Source: the human T2T-CHM13v2.0 reference genome, Homo sapiens | Direction: 5' to 3' (one strand) | DNA: 64,000 bases | NCBI RefSeq assembly: GCF_009914755.1 | Contig: NC_060930.1 | Shown: positions 1 through 11,599 of the stretch, in pieces | Numbering within the stretch: position 1 is the first letter of the stretch | Layout: each line of letters opens with the position of its first letter | The notes under the pieces: model-generated | Told to the model about the DNA's origin: nothing | Seen by the model: the letters and a program-made list of their open reading frames with translations, nothing else | Databases searched by the model: none | Program-made: the position numbers and the translations under genes

Positions 1-2009
1 CAACTAACAGTGCCTAAAAATACAACTCAGCCTTTTAGGCTAAACTTCTTTGACCATGTTGGTTTTAGACAAGTTTTTAAATAAAAGAAAAATTTTTATT
101 AGTATCTTTCTAAGAGTGAGGACACAGGTTTTAGTATCCATAGTGATTGACTGAAAGAAAAAAGGACCCTTGAATAAAGGTTAAAAAGTCAGTGGATTTT
201 TTTTTTTTTGAGTGGGGTGAGATTGAGGTGAAATGAACTCAGTGGTACACTTCAAGAATATGGAATACACATCATTATGTGTAATTGCCTAGTTGTTTCT
301 TATTTCAAATGAATTACCTGAAATAAAAGAAAGAATTTAGAAGATTTGAATACATTTCTGAAAGTCACATTGAAGAAGTGATAGACTAGATTTTTAAAAG
401 CTTATTCTCAAAAATTTAATAGCATGAGGAAGAACCTGACTTTTTGACATCCGTATGTATCTTATTGTCTCAGGACTTCTTCAGTATTATCTGCAAAATG
501 AAATGGTATGGTTTAATTGCAAATGGCTGCTTGCCTTTGTCTGAAAGCTTACATTTCTTTGGAAACTAAACATTTAAAATAAAGATTATTTGCTGTAACT
601 TAAACCGTGTTTTGATCACTGGAATTTGCAGCAGTTGTTTCAGGGTATCATGGGATTCTTTTTGTTGTTTCCAAATTTTCTCCTTAAATTATACACATTT
701 CCTGACCCTTTGCCAAACCCCTGGTAGTGAAACATTATTTAGGAGATCAAACACAGATCATACGAAAGAAACATCTTTTGTAGTTATTGTTTTTCAGAAG
801 TTCAGGTTGCCCAAGAGGTCCACTAGGCAGTATTTTCCAGTTCTCATTTATGTACAACTGGGGGATCTTGGTGGCAGCAAAGGATAAAAGGCCTTTAATT
901 TAACATTTGAGATGTGTGTGTCCTGAAGTTATTTGCACTGAAAATGTCTTGTAAGACAAAAGACATTCCATGGTGATTGTTTTAGGTTTTTTCTGCTCTG
1001 CAAAGCCATCTAGTGCTACAAAACTCATCATTGAAAGTGGACAAAAAAAGCCAAAGAAGGAGGGATGGGAAGCAGCTCTTGCTTCAATTGTTTCTTGTTT
1101 TTCTAGTCCCATCCCCATGTATTGCTTAATCTCCATCATTTTTCCAGCCTGATCCTCAAAGCAGATCCCATTTTTAGGGAGGAGATGGTTCTTTCCAGGA
1201 CTACATTCCTCTCCACTCTGATTTCCTTTACACCCTGCCTCCTAGTCAGCTGTTGGGTCTGCAATTCCCTTTCAAAATAGATCAAAAAGAGAAAGGCAAT
1301 TTGTATTTTAATGACAAGGCTTGGTTATGTGTTGGGCACAAAGGGTTTATAACACTGGGAGCTAATTACTCCGGTTGAAAGGTGCTTCATCTGTTCAGAT
1401 TACAGCTTCCAACAGGGAGATGTTTTCGGTAAAACTGGTGATGGCAAAACCATCTGAGAGGTTATGCAAGGAAATTTCATTGAAGAAACATTTTCCATGT
1501 TTTTCAATTACAAAATTCAAAATTAATTCAAATTTTATTACTTCCATTAAAACAATCCAACTGAAATATCTAAAATGTTGTATAAAATTTCCTGTAAGGG
1601 ATGCAACAAAGAATTGTCAAAAAAAAAAAAAAAATCCTGGATGTGATGCCAGGGGATGGGGGCAGGATAGGTGGCTCAATAAACCATAGCTCTGTAATTC
1701 AGTAGTTCTCTGCCTCTGGACATATCCTTTACGTTTTATTCTAGCTTGTACCATATGTGATGCTATAGCATCTAGGAAAAATCAGAATTACCCTGCTCCC
1801 CCATACAATTCCCATGGTCTTTTATGCTGGATTTATTCTATCAGAAAGATGAGATAATCAGATCTAAGTATTAAAAAATGATTTTCTTACTTTTACTTTA
1901 GAAGATGTTCAACTCAGTATTAACATTAAAGAATAATTGAGCTGATTAACTGTTTCTCATAGAATTATCATCATCATCATCATACTGCCAATGACAACCA
2001 CTTTCAAAA

Positions 2010-4075
2010 TATTATACTACCTCAAGTTAAGAGCCATCTTTGAAAAAACCCACAGGCAGCATCATGCTGAATTGGCAAAAACTGTAAGCACTCCCCTTAA
2101 GAACAAGAGCAAGAAAAAGATGCCTACTCTCGCTACTCATATCCAACATAGTACTGGAAGTACTAGCCAGAGCACTCAGACAAGAAAAAGAAATAAAAAG
2201 TATCCAGATAGAAATAGAAGAAGTCAAACTATTTTTCTTTGCAGATGATATATTTCTATATCTACAAAAGCCTAAAGATGTCACCAAAAGGCTCCTGAAA
2301 CTGATAAACAACTTCAGTAGGTCCTGGTTACAAAATCAATGTATAAAAATTAGTAGCATTTCTACACATCAATAACATTCGAAGTGAGAGGCAAATCAAG
2401 AACACAATTCCATTTATAATAGACACACACACACACACACACACACACAAAACACCTAGCAATACATCCTACCAAGGAGGTGAAAGATCTCTACAAGGAA
2501 AACTACAAAACACTGCAGAAAGAAATCATAGATAACACAAGTAAATGGAAAAACACTCCATGCTCGTGGATTGGAAGAATCACTATTGTTAAAGTGTCGA
2601 TACTGCCCAAAGCAATCTACAGATTTAGCCCTATTTCTATCAAACTACCAATGTCACTTTTCACATAATTAGATAAAGCTATTCAAAATTCACATGGAAC
2701 AACAACAACAAAAAGACCAAATAGCCAAAGCAATCCTAAGCAAAAAGAACAAAGCCAGAAGCATCACATTACCTGACTTCAAACTATACTTCAAGGCTAC
2801 ACTACCTAAAACAGCATGGTATGGGTACAAAAATAGACACATAGATCAGAATAGAATAAAGAACAGAATAGATAACCTAGAAATGAAGCTGCACACCTAC
2901 AGCCATTTAATCTTTGCTAAAGTCAACAAACATAAGCAATGAGGAAAGGATTCACTCTTCAATAAATGGTGCTGGGATAGCTGGTTAGCCATATGCAGAA
3001 GCATGAAATTGGACCTCTACCTTTCACCATAAACAAATATTAACTCAAGATGGATTAAAGATTTAAATGTAAGACCTCAAACTATTAGAATCCTAGAAGA
3101 AAACATAGGAAACACCATCCTAGACATGGGCCTTAGGAAGAATTTATGACTAAGTCCTCAAAAGCAATTGCAACAAAAACAAAAACTGAAAAGTGGGACC
3201 TAATTAAACTAAAGAGTTCTGCACAGCAAAACAAGCTATTGGCAGAGTAAACAGATAACATACAGAATGGGGGAAAATATTCACAAACTGTGCATCCAAC
3301 CAAGGTCTAATATTCAGGAAATTAAACCATTGAACAAGCAAAAACCGAATAACTCCATTAAAAGTTGGCAAAATACATGGATGCTTCTCAAAAGAAGCAT
3401 ACAAGCAGCCAGAAAACATGAAAAAATGCTTATCATTGCTAATCATTAGATAAATGAAAGTTAAAACCACAACGAGATACTATCTCACACCAATCAGAAT
3501 GGCTATTTTTAAAAAGTGAAAAAAAAAACCAAGAAATTTTGGTGATGTTTCAGAGAAAGCAGAAGGCTTATCCATTTTTGATCAGAATGTAAATTAGCTC
3601 AACTACTGTGGAAAGCAGTTTGGAGATTTCTCAAAGAAACTTTAAACAGAGCTACCATTCAACCCAGCAAACCCATTACTGGGTATATACCCAAAGGAAA
3701 ACAAATTATTCTAGCAAATAGACACATGAACTTGTGTTCATCGCCACACAATTCACAATAGCAAAGAGATGTAATTAATTTAAGTGCCTATCGATGGTGG
3801 AATGGATAAAGAAAATGTGGTATATACACTGTGAAATACTACATAGCCATAAAACAGAATGAAATCATGTCTTTTGCAGCAACATGGATGCATCCTGAGG
3901 CCCTAATCCTAAACAGATTAACTCAGGAACAGAAAACCAAATACCACATGTTCATACTTATAGGTAGGAGCTAAATATTAGGTACCCTGGACATAAAGAT
4001 GACACCAATAGACACTGGAAACTACTAGAGCAGGGAGGAAGGGAGGTCAGGGATTGAAAAACTAACAGTTGAGTA
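2010..4075 (+). mobile_element. 5'-truncated L1 (L1PB/L1PA15-16-like), degenerate ORF2 3' half plus 3' UTR; interrupted by THE1
   Basis: ORF fragments [22 protein letters not shown] and [22 protein letters not shown] match L1 ORF2p; many stops and frameshifts; (CA)n at about 2423-2448. Confidence 0.93.
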
Positions 4076-4434
4076 TAATATGGTTTTGCCATGTCCCCAC
4101 CCAAATCTCTTCTTGAACTGTAACTCCCACAATTCCCATGTGTTGTGGGAGGAACCTGGTGAGAAGTGATTGAATCATGGGGGTGGGTCTTTCCCATGCT
4201 GTTCTTATGATAGTGAATAAGCCTCATGGAATCTGCTTTTAAAAAAGGGAGTTTCCCTGCACGAGCTCTCTCTTCTTTTGTATGATGCCACATAAGACAT
4301 GCCTTTCACCCCTCACCATTGATTCTGAGGCCTCCCCAGCCACATAGAACTGTAAGTCCACTAAACCTCTTTCTTTTGTAATTTGTCCAGTCTCAGTTAT
4401 ATCTTTATCAGCAGTGTGAAGATGGACTAATAAA
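4076..4434 (+). mobile_element. THE1 (ERVL-MaLR) 5' LTR
   Basis: Starts taatatggttttgccatgtccccacccaaatctc (consensus tgatatggtttggctgtgtccccacccaaatctc), ends ggactaataaa. Confidence 0.95.
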
Positions 4435-6002
4435 GTAAATTGGTACCAGGAGAGTGGGGTGCTGCTGTAAAAACCTGGAAATGTGGAAGCTACTTTGGAA
4501 CTGGGTAACAGGCAGGGTTGGAACAGTTTGGAGGGCTCAGAAGAAGAGAGAAAATTATGGGAAAGTTTGAAACTTCCTACAGACTTGTTGAGAGGCTTTG
4601 ACCAAAATTCTGATAACAATATGGACAATAAAGTCCAGGCTGAGGTGGTCTCAGATGGAAATGAGGAACTTGTTGGGAACTGAAGCAAAGGTGACTCTTG
4701 CTATGTTTTAGCAAAGAAACTGGTGGCATTTTGCCCTGCCCTAGAGATTTGTGGAACTTTGAACTTGAGAGAGATGATTTAGGATATGTAGTGGAATAAA
4801 TTTCTAAGCAGCAGAGTATTCAAGAGGTGACTTGGGTGCTGTTAAAGGCATTCAGTTTTATAAGGAAAGCAGAGCATTAAAGTTTGGAAAATGTGAAGCC
4901 TGACAATGTGAAAAGAAAATCTCATTTTCTGAGAAGAAACTTAAGCCAGCTGCAGAAATTTGCATAAGTAACAAGGAGCCCAATATTAACCCCCAAGACA
5001 ATGGGGGAAATTTCTCCAAGGCATGTCAGAGGTCTTCACAGCAGCCCCTCCCATCACAAGCGTAAAGGCCCAGGAGGAAAAAATGGTTTTGTGGGCTGGG
5101 CCTGGGGTCCCCATGCTGTGTGCAGCCTAGGGACTTGGTGCCCTATGTCCCGGCTGCTCCAGCCATGGCTGAAAGGGGCCAACAAAGAGCTTGGGCCATG
5201 GCTTCAAAGGGTGCAAGCCCCAAGCCTTGGCAGCTTTCAAATGGTATTGAGCTTGCAAGTGCATAGAAATCAAGAATTGAGGCTTGGGAACCTCTGTCTA
5301 GATTTCAGAGGATGTGTGGAAATGCCTGGATGCCCAAGTGGAAGTTTGCTGCAGGAGCGGGGTCCTCATGGAGAACCTCTGCTAGGGAAGTGCAGAAGGG
5401 AAATGTGGGGTTGGAGCCCCTACACAGATTTCCTTCTGGGGCATCACCTAGTGGAGCTGTGAGAAGAGGTCCATTGTCCTCCAGACCCCATAATGGTAGA
5501 TCCACTGACAGCCTGCACTGTGAACCTGGAAAAGCTGTAGACCCTCAATCCCAGCCCATGAAAGCAGCTGGGAGGGAAGCTGTGCCCTGCAAAGCCACAG
5601 GGCCGGAGCTGCCCAAGACCATGGGAACTCACTTCTGGCATCAGCATGACCTGGATGTGAGACATGGAGTCTAAGGAGATTATTTAGGAGCTTTAAGATT
5701 TGACTGCCCTGCTAGATTTTGGACTTGAATGGGGCCTGTAGCCCCTTTGTTTTGGCCAATTTCTCTCATTTGGAATAGCTGTATTTACCCAATGCCTGTA
5801 CCCCCATTGTATCTAGGAAGTAACTTGCTTTTGATTTTACAAGCTCATAGGCAGAAGGGACTTGCCTTGTCTTGGATTTGACTTTGGACTGTGCACTTTT
5901 GAGTTAATGCTGAAATGAGTTAAGACTTTGAGGGACTGTTGGGAAGGCATGATTGGTTTTGAAATGTGAGAACATGAGATGTGGGAGGGTCCAGGGGCAG
6001 AA
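4435..6002 (+). mobile_element. THE1 internal region (degenerate MaLR ORF)
   Basis: Begins gtaaattggtaccag; ORF EATLELGNRQGWNSLEGSEEERKLWESL is typical of THE1/MST-int; ends with purine-rich gggagggtccaggggcagaa. Confidence 0.95.
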
Positions 6003-6363
6003 TGATATGGTTTGACTGTGTTCCCACCCAAATCTCATCTTGAATTGTAACTCCTACAATTCCCACATGTCATGGGAGGAACCGGATGGGAGGTGATTGA
6101 ATCATGGGGGCAGATATTTTCTGTGCTGTTCTCATAATAGTGAATAAGTCTCACAAAATATGATAGTTTTAAAATGGGGAGTTTCCCTGAACAAGCTCTG
6201 TCTTCTCTTTTCTGCCACAATGTGAGATGTGCTTTTCACCTTCTGCCATGATTGTGAGGCCTCCCCAGAAATGTGGAACTGTAAGTTTATTTAACCTCTT
6301 TCTTTTGTAAATTGCCCAGTCTTGGGTATATCTTTATCAGCAGCATGAAAATGGACTACTACA
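6003..6363 (+). mobile_element. THE1 3' LTR
   Basis: tgatatggtttgactgtgttcccacccaaatctc ... atggactactaca; direct repeat of 4076-4434. Confidence 0.95.
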
Positions 6364-6508
6364 GGCACTATACTCAGTACCTGGGTGATGGGATCTTCTG
6401 TACCCCAAACCTCAGCATCATGCAGTATACCTGTGTAACTCACCTGCACATGTACTCCCTGCATCTAAAATAAAACTTGAAAAAGAAACAAAAAATAAAG
6501 AAAAAAAT
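6364..6508 (+). mobile_element. 3' end and A-tail of the L1PB/L1PA15-16-like element
   Basis: ctatactcagtacctgggtgatgggatc..cctgcacatgtac..aaaataaaacttgaaaaa continues the 3' UTR broken at 4075. Confidence 0.92.
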
Positions 6509-6907
6509 CAGGCTCAATGGTAGATCAGATGTGCATGTCCCATTGTCCTTAGGAATTCTGGAGTGGAATAAACCTATGAACAGGCAAGGACTTCCATGGT
6601 GTTAAATAAATGATTTCCCAATTTACTAAACAAACAAACAAAAAGCAAACTATTACACAACCTTAAGGGATAGAAAAATATTGTACTAACCCAAGGATCT
6701 ATAAAAGAGTAGTAACTAATGTTACATAAAATAACAGGATGATATTAATATTATGAGACATATAGTATGTAATTTTAAAATTCTTATTTGAAAATAATTT
6801 TAGGTTTACAGAGAAGTTAAAAAATTAATTCAGAATGTTTTTATATATTTCACCCAGCCTTCCAATATCTCGCATAACCTAAGTGTGATCATTGAAACTA
6901 GGAAATT

Positions 6908-7885
6908 AACCATCAGAGTGAACAGGCAACCTACAGAATGGGAGAAAATTTTTGCAGTCTACTCATCTGACAAAGGGCTAATATCCAGAATCTACAATGA
7001 ACTCAAACAAATTTACAAGAAAAAAACAAACAACCCCATCAAAAAGTGGGCGAAGGATATGAACAGACACTTCTCAAAAGAAGACATTTATGCAGCCAAC
7101 AGACACATGAAAAAATGCTCATCATCACTGGCCATCAGAGAAATGCAAATCAAAACCACAATGAGATACCATCTCACACCAGTTAGAATGGCCATCATTA
7201 AAAAGTCAGGAAACAACAGGTGCTGGAGAGGATGTGGAGAAATAGGAACACTTTTACACTGTTGGTGGGACTGTAAACCAGTTCAACCATTGTGGAAGTC
7301 AGTGTGGCGATTCCTCGAGGTCCTAGAACTAGAAATACCATTTGACCCAGCCATCTCATTACTGGGTATATACCCAAAGGATTACAAAACATGCTGCTAT
7401 AAAGACACATGCACACGTATGTTTATTGCAGCACTATTCACAATAGCAAAGACTTGGAACCCACCCAAATGCCCAACAATGATAGACTGGATTAAGAAAA
7501 CGTGGCACATATACACCATGGAATACTATGCAGCCATAAAAAATGATGAGTTCATGTCCTTTGTAGGGACATGGATGAAGCTGGAAACCATCATTCTCAG
7601 CAAACTATCGCAAGGACAAGAAACCAAACACCGCATGTTCTTACTCATAGGTGGTAATTGAACAATGAGAACACATGGACACAGGAAGGGGAACATCACA
7701 CACCAGGGCCTGTTGTGGGGTGGGGGGAAGGGGGAGGGATAGCATTAGGAGATATACCTAATGTTAAATGAAGAGTTAATGGGTGCAGCACACCAACATG
7801 GCACATGTATACATATGTAACAAGCCTGCACGTTGTGCACATGTACCCTAAAACTTAAAGTATAATAAAAAAATAAAAAAAAGAA
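6908..7885 (+). mobile_element. 5'-truncated young L1PA (L1PA3-5-like), about 1 kb, with poly(A)
   Basis: Canonical 3' UTR with G-tract at 7717-7738 and taaagtataataaa tail; degenerate TSD aggaaattaac / aagaaataac. Confidence 0.96.
6909..7661 (+). pseudogene. L1 ORF2p C-terminal (cysteine-rich) segment, open but lacking EN and RT
   Basis: ORF 6885-7661: [35 protein letters not shown]. Confidence 0.93.
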
Positions 7886-8659
7886 ATAACTTCGGTACAA
7901 TACTCTTAATTAAACAGTGAACTTTATTTGTATTTCACCAGTTTGCTACTAATACACTTTTTCTATTTCAGGACCCAATCCAGGATACTACATTGCATTT
8001 AGTTTCAGGTCTTCCTAGTCTTTTCCAATCTGTCCTAGTTCTTTAGTCTTTCATTGTCTTTCATGATCACGATGATTTTGAATAGTGCTGGTTAGTTATT
8101 TTACAAAATGTCTTATAGTTTAGTTTCGTCTGATCTTTTCTCGTGATTTGATTAAAGGTATGCATTTTTGGCAAGAATGTCACAGAAATAATGTGTCTTT
8201 CTCAGTGTATAATGTCAAGTAGTACATGATGTTAATACATCTTATGTCTCATTTAACCTCGATCACCTGGTTAAAGTAGCCTGCTGTGCTTCTCAACTGT
8301 AAAGTTAGTATTTTCCGCCTATGAGTTACTAAATATCAGGTGGAAGATCATTCGAGAGTGAAAAATATTTTCCTCTTCTCTAACTTTTGCCCATTAAGCA
8401 TTCATCTATAGATATTGTTTGAAACAGTTATTACTGTGGTTTTTAAATGTGATTTTTCATTTCTCTCATTTTTTCTACATTTATTAATTGGAAAGATTCT
8501 ACAAGGAATAGCTACCATTTCTCCCTCATTTACTCATTTGTGCAAATGTTTATTTATATCAGTATGGAATGATGGGTATTCATTTTATTATATAGGCTAT
8601 AATCAAATACTATCTTTATTAATTTTGTTTCTCAAAATTTTCAAGCTTTGATCAGCAGG

Positions 8660-9750
8660 AGCTCTTTGTCTTCCTGTTTTTGTTATTAGAGTATTATTGA
8701 CCTCATAAGTGGAGTTGGGATGCATTTCTTCTTCTTCAGCGTTCCAGCAGAGTTGGCATAGAATTGGTAGTATTTCTTCCTCAAATGTTTGGTACAAATC
8801 ACCTATGATGGCATTTGGGACTAGGGTTTTCTTTGGTAAAGTATTTTTAAGTATTAATTTAAATTGTTTTATAGATATAATCAGTTTTGTTTTTATTGCT
8901 TTCCTCTGTTTTTCTCCTGAGTAGCTGGGACTACAGGCGCCCGCCACAGCGCCCGGCTAATTTTTTTTTTTTTTTTTTTTTTTAGTAGAGACAGGTTTCG
9001 CTGTGTTCACCAGGATGGTCTCAATTTCCTGACCTCATGATCTGCCCGCCTCGGCCTCCCAAAGTATGTTTTTCTGTTTTTTATTTTATTGATGTCTTTT
9101 GTTAATGTTATTTCATTTCTTCTGCTTGCATTGGGTTTAATTTTGTTTTTCTATTCTAGTTTCAGAAGCCGAAAGCTAAGATGACTAATTTTTTACTTTT
9201 CTTATTTTTCAAAATAGCATTTATTGCTGTACATTTTCCTATAAAAATGATTTAGCTATATCTCACATGTTTTGGTAGGTTGGATTGTCATTTCATTCAG
9301 TGCAGAATGTATTTTAATTTTCCTTGAGGCTTTCTTTTTGACTTATGAGATTATTTTTTGATAGATATTGTTTAATTTCCAAATATTGGAGATTTTCCAG
9401 ATATCTGTTGATTCATACTTTAATTCCTTTATCAAATTATAACATACTTTGTATTATGTCTAGTCTTTTAAAAATTTAAGGTTTTGTTTATGGCCTAGAA
9501 TATAGCCACATTTGTGAATGTTTCATGCATACTTGAAAAAAATGAGTATTGTGTTATTTATTGCCAATAAGGTCAAGTTCATTGTAACTGTTTGTTAGGT
9601 CTTTCATAACCTTACTGATTTACTTGTTCTATCATTCCCAGGAGACAGGTGTTGAAATCTATAAATATAATTGTGGATTTGCCCACCTCCTTTTTTAGTT
9701 ATATTAGCTTTTGATTAATATATTATAAAGCTCTGGTATTAGGTAAATGT
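8660..9750 (-). mobile_element. Old L1M ORF2 fragment
   Basis: Minus ORF GDLYQTFEEEILPILCQL..PNSTYEVNNTLITK resembles L1 ORF2p; T-rich antisense L1 composition. Confidence 0.78.
8914..9065 (-). mobile_element. Internal Alu fragment (AluY/Sc-like), both ends missing
   Basis: ctcctgagtagctgggactacaggcgcccgcc..caggatggtctc..cctcggcctcccaaagt; no tail, no 5' GGCCGGG end. Confidence 0.92.
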
Positions 9751-10130
9751 AACATTTAACAAGATATTAATTCAATATAGGCTGGCACACATGGGTTTCT
9801 CCAAAGATGGTTAGATATAATAAATATTTTTAAAGTTTTACTATATAATTATTTGATCATATTCTGAAAAGTTGCAGGTCTGTATCTTGCACCTCACCTT
9901 AAATCAGAGAAAAGTTTATGGACAAAACAGAAATTAAAAGTCCTTCAAAGGAAATCCCTTTTAATATTGCCACTTAAGGCATTTATTATCTAACAGATGA
10001 TGTCAATTTTCAGTAATACTCAAGAAGTTTGTCATTTAATATTTGGTTTTAAAAATCATATATTTCTTTTATTTTTAAGTGTGTTTCCCTATTAACATTG
10101 ATTTTCTTTATAGTTGGTACCTGAGGAGCA

Positions 10131-11085
10131 TGCTAGGCAGAATTTTAGGATGGCCTTTAACATTCCCACCTTCTAGTGTACATACCCTATATAATCCCTA
10201 ACCTATGATTGTGGGCAGGACATATGAGAACGATAGAAGAGCATTTCCATGATTAGTTCACACTACATGGTGAAGAGAAAGGGACTTTTCATATGTAAGG
10301 AAGTAATTAAGGCCTCTAATCAGTTGACTTTAAGTTAATACAAGACAGATTATTCAGGTGGGCCTGACTTAATAAGGTGAGCCCTTCAAAAGAGGATCTA
10401 GAGGTTAGAAAAAGAATGATTCAGAGACATTAAAGCAGTAGATATGTTATCCTGCTGGCTTTGAAAAGGAACTTTAAATATTTGAACTTCCATGTATTCC
10501 ATGGTGTTATACAGAGAAGGAATCTAAAGCCTTAGGGAGAACAAAAATTGGATTGGATTTAGCATGAACAATTCCCTAACTATATTTTCTGAAAGGGCTC
10601 AGAATATGTTTATTTTACCAAGACACTGAGAGAGTTTTGCAGGTTAGGGAAGCATCAGCATCTTGTGAAATAGTTTAGTGGTTGTAATTGTAAAATAGTT
10701 TAGTGGCCAGTAAGTGTTGCTGCAGTTGAAAAGTTTCCTATATTTCAATTTTTATATTAAGCCCCTAAATGCCAGATTCAAGTAGTAGCACCTGCCCCAA
10801 AATGGTAAATTGAAGATGCTTTTCACAATGTTCAAGAGCATGATAATCAGAAAGCCTGACTAGCAGGCATATTTAGTAGTGGAAAATTGAGCATGGAGAC
10901 CCTAGAACTCCTTTTTACATAATCAAAAAATTCTAGATTTGGAGATGAACTAATATGACGGTCATTGCCACTTCCTTACTACCCAGGTCTGAGTGAGTTT
11001 ACAGTTCCTAAGCTAGGTCAGACAGCAGAAGTTGGTTTTAGTTCAAGAGTTGGCAAGAATGACAACAAATTTGGCTATGGTTGCT
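10131..11085 (+). mobile_element. MLT1 (E/F-like) LTR fragment followed by ERVL/MaLR internal-like sequence
   Basis: gtaattaaggcctctaatcagttgactttaagttaat..ggtgggcctgacttaat is an MLT1 hallmark; internal part less certain. Confidence 0.65.
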
Positions 11086-11100
11086 TAAAAAAATTAATAA

Positions 11101-11388
<288 letters not shown>

Positions 11389-11599
11389 TTAACCCCATAT
11401 TTAAATATTATTATTTTAACATTTCATGAGGCAGAATGGAGAGCTAATATTGTACTTCTACTGAAAGATAATGAGGCAATGTAAGTTATTGCCCCACTTC
11501 TCCCAGGATAGAGTTAGTGGGACCCCCTGGGAAGCTGAGCATAGACATCTGCCTGGTCCTCTTGCTACACATCAAAAGTGGAATGCCAGCTTAAATAAA

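Larger units (their letters stand above)
6772..8655 (-). mobile_element. Old L1 (L1MC-like) 3' end, split by the L1PA insertion at about 6908-7885
   Basis: tttaggtttacagagaagtt..., then ggtacaatact..caggacccaatccaggatactacattgcatttag, the antisense L1MC 3' UTR. Confidence 0.75.

Noticed and set aside
612-1689. Short ORFs in the unique first 2 kb
   Set aside because: No recognisable homology or consistent exon structure
4239-6220. ORFs of 60-150 aa as host genes
   Set aside because: All lie within THE1 LTR or internal sequence
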